From Chrysomallon squamiferum (lineage: Eukaryota; Animalia; Mollusca): DNA of 64,000 bases. The stretch spans positions 35,216,001 to 35,280,000 of the forward strand of contig CM022665.1 in assembly GCA_012295275.1 (NCBI GenBank), in the 5' to 3' direction. The position numbers and the translations under genes were made by a program. Positions 1-27,500 of the stretch are shown one piece after another. Positions within the stretch are counted from its first letter, which is position 1; every line of letters starts with the position of its first letter. The notes under the pieces were generated by a model that was given only the letters and a program-made list of their open reading frames with translations, ran no database searches and was not told the origin of the DNA.

Positions 1-150
1 ACAGATGTTTCATTTCCTTATTGTTTATTACAAAAACATTAATGATTTAATAAAAAATAAAATACTGGGCAAATTTAAATCTATAATTAGAAAGAAATAT
101 TTTGAGATATTAAGATATGAATGTAATACAAAGGTCTTGTTTGTAATTTA

Positions 151-12803
<12,653 letters not shown>

Positions 12804-14089
12804 GCGTGTGAAGTTAATATTTTATTAAATAAAATACTAGTAAATAGGCTGAATAAAAATTATTATGCTTCGCTAAGATATTTTATCGAATATCGCCTTT
12901 ACAAGAACTGCTTTTACTGAGTTCCGGGCATTACTGATGGTTCTAACAACTGTTACAAAATATAATTAATAAATTATACTATACATAAGGTTAACACCAC
13001 GTGTACTGACACTCATACTGCTGTACATTAAAAATTATAAAAATACGTCGTAATATAATAATAATCACATAATAAATTGTCATTATGGCAAACTAAATAC
13101 AAAATTATTATGTTATTTTTGTTTTTAACAAAACATAATTATATTTAAATTATATTTACCTAACTAGCAGAGTTAATAATAAGGATTTTTACTAATCTGT
13201 ACATTTCACATTTCAAAGTATTTATTTTTGCCGCCATTAGGATTTGTTTTTAGTAATTTATCACCAATAATAAGAGCATCAATATAAAGTTCTAGCTTTA
13301 ACAGCAACAACAACAACAACACTAATAATGATAATAATAATAATAAATATATAAATAATTTAATAATAAATAAAACAATATCTTGAAAACTGATGAATAA
13401 ACTTACTTTAATTTTTTTAAAGGTTTACCTTCAACAAGATCTAATAATAAATTTTATAAACAAGAAGAGTAAATGCATTATCTCTTTTTAAAATGCTTCA
13501 GAAAGTTAATTCCCCAGTTAATGTTATCTGTATATCCGTTTCATTCTGGCTTTTGTAATTATCTTTGTTTTTCACTACACATCGCAACGTGTAATAAAAC
13601 ATGTACATTTTAATAATAATAATAATATAACCCACTGAAGAAAACATATTCATAATTTTAGTTCATCACTGAATTTTTATTCTTTTGGGTTTGATTCACT
13701 TTCAGAAACGTATTTATATCCGTGTTTTCGAAAAGTACAGGTACCAAGCATGTGCCCAGCCTTTTACATCCGGGTTATTATAAACATGGAGGGGTCAAAA
13801 GTGCAACGGTTGCGTTATTCTGATCCTTTTGTATGTTAACTAAGGTTGATTTTTATTTGTTTAACAATATCAGTCTGATTTAGTCATTTTTTTAAATTAC
13901 GAATCTAATTTATTTCCACAATATTCCATGACAGTATTTAATGTTGATAATGACTTAGAAAGAAAAACAAACGAGTAATTTCCGTTAACTGTTGCAAATT
14001 CGAGCACTGTCTGTTATTAGATTTTTGTCAGTGCTGATTAAAAACATGGATTTGCGACAACAATGACAGGAACTAAACTAGATGATTAT
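12804..14089. promoter_or_regulatory. Divergent (head-to-head) promoter region of DHX33 and AMBRA1, including the probable first AMBRA1 exon
   Basis: Head-to-head arrangement, local CpG enrichment, YY1-like GCCGCCATT at ~13230, strong donor GTAAGT at 14090. Confidence 0.5.
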
Positions 14090-15503
14090 GTAAGTAAATT
14101 ATTATTTTGGTCCAAGATGGACGATGGAAAATAGTCTTGGTACGGTTGTTTAATACTGGTTTTAACGGTAATTTAAAATTTTAAAATTAGTCTGATTTCT
14201 TAATCTACAGTAGTCATTATATTCAATATTGAATACAGATTATTACTTTTTGATATTACTTTTTCAGTTTTTAATTTTTATTTTTTTTTTTTTTTTTTTT
14301 TTTTTTCTGTCACAAAATTTCTTGCATGCTTTATAATAATTATTTAGACACGACTGAGAAATTGCATAACTGATAACATGACGCCGACGGTTGATGACAG
14401 GTATGGCCACTTTGGACATTCCAAATAAGTGCACATTGCGTGTTTCCTCTTTAATGTTCATGAATAAGTTGTTAGATTTTCCATATTTTACATTAATTTT
14501 CCAACAGAAGAAAGTGTTCAATATTTAAACTATATTATTTAACACAAACCATTTTTTAATCTGTGCTTAAAAATGGTGTTATACATCACACATGATTAAC
14601 AGCATGGTTTTAAAATAAGAATATTTTATATTCCTGCAATAATTGAATGCAGATATTTGGTTGCATGTGATGGTTTCTTATTATAATATTTTGTTTTTGT
14701 TTTGTTTTGAATGTTGATTTATAAATGAAAACATTGCTGAATGTATATCTATATATATATATCCAATATGTTTATTTATTTATTTATTTATTTATGGTAA
14801 ATATTTTCAGTAATCTTTCAATTCAGTTGGCATCCCCATAATGCCATGTTTTAGAATGTTTATATGGATCCTTGTATATATAAGGATATTTAATAATCTG
14901 CATAAATGTTGATATGATGACAGTTTTTTCTGTTATATTTCACAACTAATACACTACACAAAATAACTTTAGTTCATTAAGTTATATATATGTATTTCAA
15001 GTGCAAAAACTGCATATTTCCAGCAGTTTTAATAGTGGGAAGTTTTGTTCATAATTCAAAAATGTCAGCTTATCTTATTATCATTATTAGGAATGTATTT
15101 TGAATGTTCACAGTGATAAATGAAAGATGAAATGGTGAGTCCTCAAAATTATTTAAGTTAGGGGAACTAATTAATACAGAATTATCATGTAAATCATATA
15201 TTGCTTAATATATAGTGTTAAGGGAGCTAAACTGCTATTAAGTGATTTCAGTTGCCGTTTAATTAACAGTTCTGTTTTCTAAATAATTCTCTTCTAATGT
15301 TCTCAGTACTGTATATATAATTGTCATAGATAGTTTATGACAGAACTGTTTTTATACATTATAAGAAGTAAATGATAATTTTGTTCTTTTTTTTTCTTCT
15401 AAATTAAAATAAGGTTATAAATAATATATTTATTTGACATATTGTATGAAATTAAAAATGAAATAATCTAATCATTATTTTGTTTCCATATTTCAGTAAA
15501 AAG

Positions 15504-18500
15504 ATGAACGTTACAAGTTATTTGCAACATCGAGAAACTGGTGTCTTAACTCGCAATGAATTCCTGGCCAAGGATGCTCTTGTTGCATTGTTGGAAGAGC
15601 AGGCTGCAACACCTGTCAAAAATCAGGTAAATATTTTTCATTCCAACAATTGACTGATAATTACAAGAAATTTACATCTCGTGAGTTATGTATACAATGT
15701 CATGTAGCATGACCATGTATGTATGTGTGTGTTTAAACATAAGCATGTTGTATACATAATATAGGATGGAAATTTTATAAAGTCAAAACATCATTAATTA
15801 CATGACTGATGAATACGCTTTAGCTAGTTGCATTGTTGCAGGCATCTGCTAAGTCAGCTACATTACATTTCATTTATTACAGAAGCAATTTGTTATGGTT
15901 CCATATTCAATTTTGCAGTTGATTACTATTTAGGAAAATGTGTGTGTGTGCATGTATTATTGTTTCTTTTAATACATGTTCTGGGAATTATTTATTTAAG
16001 GCCTGTGAACTGCAGGGACAACCAAGAGCAACATTTCTGATGGATTTCAGTCCAGATGGGTGAGATATTTTATTCCATATTATGAAGTCAATAAACATCC
16101 ATTTCCTTTAACAGTATATACATATTCTTACACATGAGCATGCATGTTTATAGTTTTAGTTACAAAATGTATAATATGTAATCAGTTCTTTTGATAATTA
16201 TTTAATCATTAATGCAGCTGCCTATAATTTGTTATTTGTAATTTGCACCGACATTATTTATTCAACTGATATTGTTAATGATCTTAAACTAGATAGTGGC
16301 AGACAGTTACGTTTCAGCCAGTCACTACAAAATGTGCAAAATCAGTGGTTTTTAACGTCTTTTAATTCAGCTTACAAGCAACCTTTAACATTAAGAATAA
16401 TAAAGATTTTCTCTTGAATTATGAGTTGTTAGTTTGATCATGAATTATTCAATCGATCTCTAATCTGCATTTGAAAAATTCTGTGGCATCTTGCTCAGGA
16501 AGTGGATGTGCTATGTGGAAAGCTGATGAAATGAGCTTTTTAATGATATGTGGCAAGATGGGAATCAAAGAAAAAGAAACATGTTTTTCGTAAATTGTGA
16601 TACATTGCAATGAGTCTATGCCCAATGTCTCTAGTATCGTTCAAAAGGTTGTTCAATTTCCTTTTGAATGTTTTTTATACTAAGCATAATGATCACTGGT
16701 GCAGCAACCTTTTCCAGTATAACAACTGCTACCACTGACTGACTGACGGTTTTTATGTTCAAAATGGCACTGAGTGCACAGTATAATATATCAGTGAATT
16801 CAGTCTCAGTTCTTCAACAGATTTACCACCATTGTGGTAAGTCAGTTATTATTTAATTAATATTTCTTATAAACTTATTCAAGAATTCATTTAATTTTTA
16901 TCTAATCAATTTGTGTATATTCTGCTCTGAAAAAGATTTGCATCATCAAAGCATAAAATAACTTTGCAAATCTCTAGCAGTCTGATCCCCTTTTAACGAA
17001 ATGTATCGTTCATCAAGTTAATGCTTGTTATCAATGGCTAAAAATGGCTCGTATCATGTTTGGTAATGCTGTCACAGTGTTGTCAGAGTTCAAAATTTCG
17101 TATCTCAAAAAGTAAGCAAGATACCAGAATAATTTATGTTTTTGTTCTGTATTTGTATTCAAAAGTTCTATTTAACTAACAATTTTAAACTTTTGGCTGC
17201 CTCTACCTACATATATAAGGATATAGATTCATAAGCTTAATATGCATGCAGACTTTTTGGTAATTCACATATTACTTTATACCCTGACATTTAGGGCAAT
17301 TTGAACAAAAACATTGTAAAATATTGTTTTCATTTGCACAGTGATTTTTATTATGTAAATTTCTATCTTGTAAATATGATTGACATTTTATACCTTATTT
17401 ATTACTATCCATGTCTTTAAAATTTATAAAATAAATTGCAGTAGACTTCTTTTTTAAAACTAACATTTGAAATTAACAATATCAGTAATAGTAGAACTAA
17501 ATATAATTTTCCTGTATCTTTATTTTATCATTTCATTTCCAGTTGATGCTTTTCAGTTATTCTGTTTACATCCTTTAATGAAAGAAATCTCCAAGTGTCT
17601 TCTAAAAATCCACTTGTACACTATTAAATGCAGCTTATGTTATTTGATTAGACAAATAACATCCTAACTTTAGATTTGTGTTACATTTTCCTGTAATTAA
17701 TGAAAATTGATTTATAAATGTATATATGTAATATTTCATTGACCTCCAAAGGTTTGCTACATAAATACATTTTTTTAAAGTCAGTCATCTATAAAAAATT
17801 TTCCTTAACTAATATTTGTTATGGAAAATAAATGCAGTAATAATTGGAACCAAAATATGTATAAATTCAAGAATATATAATTGATACACAAAGATAAATT
17901 GCTTTCATAAAGCTTGCATAAATCATTGTAAAAGCACTATATATTTTTTAATGTAGTACCAGGTGCATATGTTATATTATTTCAAATTTACATTCAAAAC
18001 TAGAAAGGTTGGCATGTTTCCAAGCAACAATTTTAGTTACAACTATAAGGCCGTGGAAAATCAGGTTTATATGTCATCACATTGCCAAACGGAAAATAAT
18101 TTAAACTGAAACGTAATAAGTGTCAATGCACACCAAAAACACTGATAAATCATACAGCATGTTTTGTTACTGTGAAGCAAAACATTCACTTAAATGCAAA
18201 AACATATTGATTTTTAGATTTTCTATTTTTATTCCCAACCTTAAAATCTACATTATTTTTAAACATGATGTACTAATATGCAGCAAATATTACTTTATTT
18301 AAGCATATTGTGGTGGAAAGTCATCTTTTTGAAGTTAACATAATTTTCTCAAATGTGTCGAATATCCATAATTTCCCTGTGCACCATCACATGCAAGTGT
18401 ATTTTACTGATACACAAAAACTTTATAAATAAACAATTTTTCTAAAATACTTCTTTCATGAGCTAATCTAATTTTGTTATCCGTCCAGGTTGTTATAAAT

Positions 18501-21500
18501 TAAAATAAACATTTAATATGTTTAGTGAATAATTTTTTTTTTTTCCAAAAATAATACTTCCAGTTAAACAAATAATTATAATTATTTAAAAGATAAGGAT
18601 ATTTTCAAACACCAAACATTTTATTAGGTAACTGAAAATATATTCAGTTTAATTTTTCAAATGTAACAACATAACTACAAATTGACCTTACAGTTAGTGT
18701 TAAATTAAAGATAGTACCAGAGTGCACTGACAGTTCAGAAGAAACTAAATCTGTCAAGTAAAAGTAATAAAATCAGTTTATGTGTTTGCTATTAATATAT
18801 TCATCCATTTTGAAAGAAAAAAAAAAAAAAAGTAATACAAATAATGTATTTATGTGTACTCTGGTTATATAGACACACACATACATATATTTATATTTTT
18901 CCTTTCTGATTTCTTAAAAGTATATACTTCAAGATATTGTAATAAACATGTTCAATATAGAAACTAATTTTAATTTTAAAAAATTATATTTTTTAGAAAT
19001 TAACAATTATTAAGAAATATTAATTCATTATATATTTCTATTATTAATAAATCAACTTTATGGAAACCTGTGTCCCATGCCACCAACACCCCCCCAAAAA
19101 ACAACAACAACAAGACCCTCAAAATAATTATGTTTCTAGGGGGAAAATAACAACCCTAAATGCTCCCCTCCTAGTAAAACAAAACATCAGAAATAAATAC
19201 CATTTTTTTTTTTTTTTTAAATTATTATTATTATTATTATTGTTGTCTTCATATATAAACATTTGTATATTAATTGCTGCTTGGTACATACTACATTTTA
19301 ATAAATTGTGTGAAATTTAAAATGATTACAGTGTTAATAATAATAATAATAATAATAACCAAAACTTGTTATTTATTTGTTTAAATTTGAAATTATATAT
19401 ATAACTTTTCTGACCTGTGTTAATTTTATTCATTAAAATTTCAGTGTTTATAACATTCTGATAATATTATTCATCAGTAGATTTACATTAATTTTTTGCT
19501 TGATGATTATTTCCTTTATGCATGTATAAAGCAGATGTTAACCACTCAAGTAAAAATATCAGTCTGTTCAGATCAGGTACTTGATCAGTTTGTCAGCTAT
19601 TATTTATTTCCAAATTATTGATGATTATTCTTAATTTTCTTCAAATATTTCCCACACTTTTGCCTAAACACTATAAAATAGCTTTCCAGGATAATTGTTA
19701 TTTTGCATTAAACCTAAAAGAGCTTTATGTGTGTCATTTGTTGTTATCAGACAGAGAATATCAGATTTAACAACATCTGTTCTTTTAGCAACATTGTCAG
19801 CCAACTAGAAGAAACTGATGTAAAAAAAAAGAATAATAAAGAATTTTTTTTCTTTTTTTGGGGGGGGGGGGAATGGAGTGGATGACCATACATTTTTTCC
19901 TTCTTTGGATTACAAGTTCAGATGTTTTAACTTACAATCCATATCGGGACATATGACTTATGCATGACCTCTTTGGTGTTCTCAACACTGGACTGGTGGA
20001 TATGGAGGGCAGAGCTTACTTTCCTTGTTAGTGGGTGGCTCTGTTGGTTTACCAGAATCTGACAGGTAGCATTTCTGACTGTGCTTTAAAATGGTATCAC
20101 CTTGGGCTTGTGTGGTTCTTGATGAGCACCATGACTAGTGTTTGATCTGACCTCATCACCTCTCATATGAATGGTACATGAATTACTGCTTGGTCAGACA
20201 ATGCATTGTGCCCTTTTCCTCTTTATTTTCAGCTGTTTGGTCTTCTGCCAATTTCAACTGAATGTGAAATATAGATGACAGATGTTAAGTTGACATGGAA
20301 ATGTCAAATACTTTAATATTAAATTCTGTAATAAATTTATATAATTATGTATTAATATGAAGTAATAGATATGATTTTTTTTTTTCTTTTCTTTAACATT
20401 TTACTTTAAGTATTTAAATTAATCAATTAAGAAATTATATATAACTAAGACTTTTACATATTTCTTTCGATAAAGTGCAGCAGTGTAAAGGTTTTATTTT
20501 CTTTACAGACTACAGACACCAAGTATTTTATTAAATAAATTAATAGATTTTATTGCTAATTTTGTCATACATCTTGATGGTCAATTGATTTGAAGAACAA
20601 ATGTTTTTAAGTTCTTTGGTGATGGACTTTTCTTTTTTTTTTAAATTTAATAATAGTCATGTGTTAGCTATAATATATGTAGATTATGAACATTTAAATT
20701 TTCTAGTGTATTAGATGTATTTTGACATTTTACTTTAGTATCAGATGCTGTGTTTTATACATGTTATCATTGACAGAATAATTATGTTAATAATGTTTCT
20801 TTATTTTCTGTGATACTTCTGTTAACTGAAAACAAAAACAGTAAATTTTCAAGTAATAGCTTTTTAACTAAGATCATGGTTGACTGATTTTTATTAAGTA
20901 AATCTTGTCTAGACAAATAAATAAAACATCTGTGTGACCTGTAGTTATTTGGTTCTAAATAAAATTACTGAATTAATAAATTATAAGATGGCAGATTGGA
21001 AAACTGTTTCACTATATTAGGCTGTTCAGAGAAGTTTGTTCCTGTTGATAAAACTGCTTTGTGAAGTCTGTTTCTGTTAGGCTCTTCAATGAAATCTATT
21101 TCACTAGATTAAAGCAGTTAGTAAATTTTGTTTTGCTAGATTAGGCTTGTTAATATAGTTTGATTGGTGATGTATGCATTTCACCGATTAGTGAAATAAA
21201 AGAGTATAACTATAAACCTTAGTGGGCAGTGGATCTTCTCATAAAAATTTATCAGATTATTTGGTTTTCTAAACTTTTACTTTCTGGTTTTACATTTAGG
21301 TTTACTTTTACTATTTATAAAATTAGGAAATAAAATCCTATTGAAATTGTTAGCTGAAGATTTATTTTCTATGCATCTGATGATTTGTTCAGTATTTGGA
21401 TGTTACTAGACTAGATATATTAGTTCTTTCAGAAATAAAGTTATAATATTATTTCGTCACATCCTTGAACATACCTGTATTATAAAATTTACATATTACT

Positions 21501-24500
21501 GTACAAACCTCAATGCTCAGTTCAGACAAATATAAGGCTATTCACTCACTGTAATATCATAAACAGAACAGGAATTCATTCTCTGCCATATTTTTCATAA
21601 GAGAAAGTTTAAACATTTTTGTCATCAAATGACAATATTGATCATTTGTAAGGTTTAGTACTGTGCTTCCTAAATTAAGTTTTAAAGAAACTTTGCAATA
21701 AAGATTTCAGGGTGAATGACATTGAAAGAGTTGAAGAAGCACAGGTTTAAGTCTATGAATATGTTAGTACTTTACCTCTGACCTAACCAGATTCTTTTTC
21801 ATCATGGTTTTAGTTAACTGAATGCTGACATCTAACACTGCGGCTCAAAATGTCATATATATATATGTATATTATGGTTTTTCTCAATCTTTTATGTGAG
21901 ATAGGTTGATTATATTATTTTCATTTCTTGCAGTACTTTGATTGCTTCTACCCATGGTGATCATACAGTACGTGTATGTAATGTTGCAACAGGAAAGTGT
22001 ATTCATGTTCTGACAGGTCATCCCCGCACACCTTGGTGTGTAGGCTTCCATCCTTCTTACAACGATATCCTTGCATCTGGATGCCTTGGTGGAGAAGTTC
22101 GTATCTGGGATTTATTGGTATGTCTGAAAAATATTTTTAAAAATAGAACAAATTGTTTTAAATACATGTTCATATTTTTTGTTAAATATTTTTATCACCA
22201 GGAACCAGATATGTGTAATATGCAATTTTAAATATAATAAAAACAAGTTACGTAAATTTTCTTTTTACATTAAAATCCAGTGTTTTGTTTATCTGTTTTT
22301 ATTTATTTTTTTATTTTTTTTTTCAGACTCTTTAATTATATATGTTTCAAAAATTAAGTATCTCATTCAGTTGAATATATTATCTTCAGTAATCTAAAAG
22401 TAATAACTCATTATTATATTCCAAAATGATAGCATATTGGTATAGTTTCAGATCTGATTTTTTTGTTTCTAGGGTGGAGGAAGTGAAGTATGGCGTTCTC
22501 CAAACAGTGGTGTTATTGCTTCCCTTTCATTTCATCCTATGGATCATGTTCTTGTTTTTGCCACAGGAAACACTCTTTATTTTTGGGACTGGAGTCGACC
22601 AGAACCATTTGCCTTTAGCAAAACTAATTATGATTTTGAAAGAATAAGGTACGTATAAATTCCACTTAAAATATATGTATGAGTAAAGATTTTGATGAAA
22701 TATTTTTAGAATACTGCCTTAATGTCCATATCACAAAACACATCTGATGGACTAATTCATTCCTAATATTATTAGTAATCTTATTATTTTTAAATGACCA
22801 GCATTTTTTTTTTTTTTTTTTTTTTTTTTTTCAGGTGGGTGCGCTTTGATCCATTAGGCCATTTCCTTTACACGGGAGTAGCAAATAATACAACAGTACA
22901 TAGGCAGGGATCTCCTAATATTGTTCATATTAAGTAAGTGGCATTTTGTCTGTGCTTGAAAAAGATTTAATCTTTTTCAAGTACAGACAATAATATATAT
23001 ATATATGTATATATATAGATATTTTTTTTAATGTCTTCTTTTATCTATCCATTAACTATTAAAGTATCAGTTAAAAAGTGCCTATTAAAAATATCAATTA
23101 CAAGGTTGACGAGTGTTTTCATTCATCAGTAAAGGTGTGACCTATCTTTAAATTTTAAGTCTGAAATTGACATAAAATCAGGGCAGAGTTATTTTTCATC
23201 AGTAGCATTTATTTTTATAACTGCACATTGAAAAAAGCTTATTTAAAAAAAATATTTATTCTTTACAGTGAACCAGGTGTTGGCAGCAGAGGTCATCATC
23301 CAAATCGTATGCAGCAGTTTGCAAATAGGAGACGCTATCAGCAAGTTATTCAACGTTTCCATGACTACCAGGAAGAAAGAAATAGAAATTCATCAGGAAC
23401 CAGACCAGATGGTATAAATTGTTAGGCTATATGACAGTTTGGATAAATATTTAAAATGAATCAGAGAATAACATATCCTGTATTTTTACTTCATTTTCAT
23501 TAAACATAAAGTTTATTACTAGTATTTAATGCTATTTGGTTTCATTGTTGATATATCAAAGTTTGTCCCTTTACATTTTCTTGAGATTAAGGTTTGTTAG
23601 AAAGCTGTTTAGCCAAATCACATAAATAAACACAACTATTTTACAAGTTAATCAGTAATTATTTTTAACAATAATTAATTATTCAGACTTTTTCGGTTCT
23701 TCGTTATTAATTCAAAACACAGTTAACATAAAGACAACATTTACTTGGCCACTGATGAAAAGAAAAAACATTAATTTTTGTTTAAACCAAACCACATAAT
23801 GTTTTTTTATAATCAAGAGTTATTTTATTTTATTTTATTTTATTATTTTTTTTTTTCAGTTGTTGATGCAAATGATAGTCATATGGAAGAATCACCTCAG
23901 TCACCAGTGCATGAAGAAGGTCTTGACTATGCACGGCAGTATGCACACCATGTTACCGACACTGCCGGACGATCAATTCAACAAGCCAGGCTGTTTGCTG
24001 CATCTGTCACTTCATCTGTTTTACCTCTACCCTTGCAGGTTCAAGGCCCTCTCACATTCAACTGTCCCCAGCCAGCTAGATGGAATTCACTTCCTCGGGG
24101 AACATGGAGCCCTCCTCCACAGGAGGCTTCAATGGATGAAAATGTTGCTGGAGAAAGTCTTGCAGTCCCTGAACCTAATTTGAATTTGTCTACTAGTACC
24201 ATAACTGAGGCAAACTCACTAGAATCTGGAGGAAGACGAATGACATTGAATGCCAATCCAAATGTGAACCTACGACCACAGAGACCTTCCTGTACCAGCA
24301 CTTCAGAGTTCTTTACTAATATACGTTCAAGGATCACTGAATCCAGAGATGTTAGAAATCGTCCCACTACTACCAGTAATGGTATTCAGTGGATCAATTC
24401 CAGTCAAAGGAGTAATATTTTAGATAGGTCCCAAGTGAGTAACAGCATCTTTGGAGTTCCAAACAGTGGTAATTCAATGAATTCACCTATTGCTAATGTT

Positions 24501-27500
24501 AATAATTATACAACACTTCCTCAAGATAATCTTACTTCAGCTGTATCTACAAATAGTGGGGCTGTTTTACCAGACACATTGGGAACAGGTGATGCAGGTC
24601 ATAATCAAAATGCAAGTGTCCCTGGACAGCTACATACTCTGTCACATTCACTCTGCCCAAACAGTACCAGATGCTTTTTGGATTCACAGAGGTGTCGACT
24701 GACTATTGGATCCATACCAGCAATTAGACCAAGGCCACAAGAAAGTGCTTTCAGGGAAGTGATGCAATCAAATGTGAACAGACATTCATGTTTAACTCAT
24801 TCCACAGAATCACCCTCCACTCATACATCATGTGAAATCTGCAGAACATTTAATTTACGATTACTGGACAGCCGGTCTCTTACTTCCATGGCACCATCAA
24901 ACAGTGGCAATCGTGTAAACTGGTCTTCTGGTACTGTATCTTCCAGCAGGCCTCACATTCTGGGAAGGCCATACCTGTTTGCAAGACATCGTCGCCACTT
25001 TGCTTTGAATCAGATTCGTAACAATCCTTATCCTCGAGTCAGGACCTCAGATGGAACAAGTCAGACATCTGGTGCTATGGTGCTTCCTGAGTGTGCTGAC
25101 CAAGGTACAGATGTAGCAGGACTTGCTGAGCCTGTTGTGGAATCAGAGCAACCAGAAATAGATGGTGTGCAAATACAGGATGTGAATGTGTCTGACGATC
25201 CTGTTGAAGTGACAAGAGATTCTGATATAAACCCATCATATGATAATATTCCAGGTGATAATATCCCCACAGAAGAATCTCTAGTGAGTGTCAATAGTGC
25301 AGACAGTGTTCAGTCCCTGCAGTCAAGAAGTGAGAGTCTTAGTAACCTGACCATGAGACTGGAACGACAGGTCAGTGAACTGGATAGAAGAATATCAGCT
25401 CTGAGAGAAAATTTCACAGAACGCCTTCGAGCTCTGCATCAGGACCGAGAACGTATTTTAAATCAGATCTCACAGCCACCAGATGAAGTTGTCACATCGG
25501 GTCAGCCATCACAGCATGTGCCACTGATAACCATCACAAGACCACAGGACCACAGCAATTTTTCACATACTCCATCTGCTTACGACAACACTACAAGTAT
25601 GATATTTTATTTTAATATATTAATTGATATATTCATCTAATTATAAATTTCAGTTTTTTGAAAGACTCTTTTATTATTCTTTCAAACTATAGAATTGTAA
25701 TTATTATGGTTAAACTGTCACTTACAGGTTAAAAAAAAAAATTAAAAATTAAATTTATTTAGTCTGAATAATGGTTGGTAGCTAAATTTTTGGTAATTTT
25801 GGTGGAATTTTATTTTAGATTCTAGTAGCCATAGTGTACACAATCCTCATCTGCTAGAAATGTTTCTTCGAGGAGATGGGCATCCTCCGTTGTCTTCCAG
25901 CATTTCCAGGTATCCATAATTTTATATTTTAAAACAGATGACTTTATTTCATCTTAGCAGAAAGTTTATCTGAATGAAAAAGCTGTAGTATATGCACATT
26001 TTTAAAATTTGAACGAATGAGAAAGAAAACAACAACAACAATCAATTAAAACAGAAAATAAATATATACTTTGATCTCCTGCAAATAAAAAAAAGACTCT
26101 TTGACAGAGAATTGTAAAATAAAAATTAAACAAAATGTTTTAAAATAGTCCATGCATGCTCACACACACATGCACACACACATGCTAACTCACACATGCA
26201 CCCACAATCAACATTTGTTAATAAGTGTATATTATTTTAGACTTCGATCTCAGCCTTCCCGTGGAGAATCTCATGAAGAAAGAAGCTGGCATGCCCTGCA
26301 GCAGCGCCATCTACATCCCCATTATTCTGTCAGCATCCTTGATGAAACAATTAATCGTCCAAATGATGCTCTTCAGGCTGCCATCAACAGAGCAATTGCT
26401 GGTAATACAGTTGATATAGAAAATTAATCTGTTTCTCCATTTATTATTGAATAAATTCTGAACTTCATCACTGGATTTGTATTTAATTCAGTACTCTATA
26501 ATGTATTTTTATTTATTTATTTATTTATTTTTTATTAGTTTTCATTATTATTATGGTTAATCATTTATTCCTAATAGAATATCATGGATAGAGAAACTTC
26601 TGAAACTATCATTACATCTGGAATTTTGTTTTTCCCTCCACATTTTACAAGATTATTCTTTCTTTGAAGCTCAACAGCTTTGTTTCATTATCATTTTTGG
26701 CTTGCTCTTGATAAACCAATATGTGTGGCTTCATTTATTAGTGTCATAAAAACACAGACAAACTCATCAGCTACTAGTTTTCTGTTACTTTACAGTGATT
26801 AATCTTTGAAAAAACAGAAAAAAAAAAAACCCCAGTAAATAAATAATAAAATAATGTGATATAAGTGATGATGAATAATTATTATACTGTCTATAATTAA
26901 AGTGTATTTGAATTTTTAACAGGTGCATTTATGGGTACAGGAGAGCCTGCTGTTGCTAGCAACATCATTCCTCAGACCCACAGAATACAGCGATGGGATT
27001 TCACCCGCTGTAAGATTCCAGACATGACCCAATGTGAGTGCTTTCAGAATTAAAACTGACAAAACTGTACATAATTTTATGGAGACAAAAAGTAAAAACG
27101 CAATAATTCAGAAGTGAGAGAATGAATGAATATGAGATTGTACTACTGTAATTTATGTTTGAGTTATTGAAAGTGGTTATATTTGTTTTGTCTTTCTACT
27201 CTAATAACTTAATTATATAAGTAGAAATACAGTCATTCTAAAACACTTTCTTCAGAAAATAATGTAATTAGTTCTTGATTATCATCCATAGTTGTCACAT
27301 TATTACAAATCAGATAGTTTGGAGATTCATAAATCTGTGCACATTAAGCATTCATTCAATTTTTTAAGAGAATATAACTTCAAATGATGTTAATAATTAC
27401 ATTTATAAAACATAATTTAGGAAAATGAATTTGCAGTAACATATATATTTGTGTTACCTCGTAATATTAATGGAAATTCAGCATTTGTTCATTGTTTATG

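Noticed and set aside
24041-25294. Antisense and alternate-frame ORFs over the large AMBRA1 exon
   Set aside because: Expected shadows of a long, GC-richer coding exon
25910-25920. GTATCCAT donor as a U12-type intron
   Set aside because: It is not GTATCCTT, and there is no TCCTTAAC branch site near the acceptor
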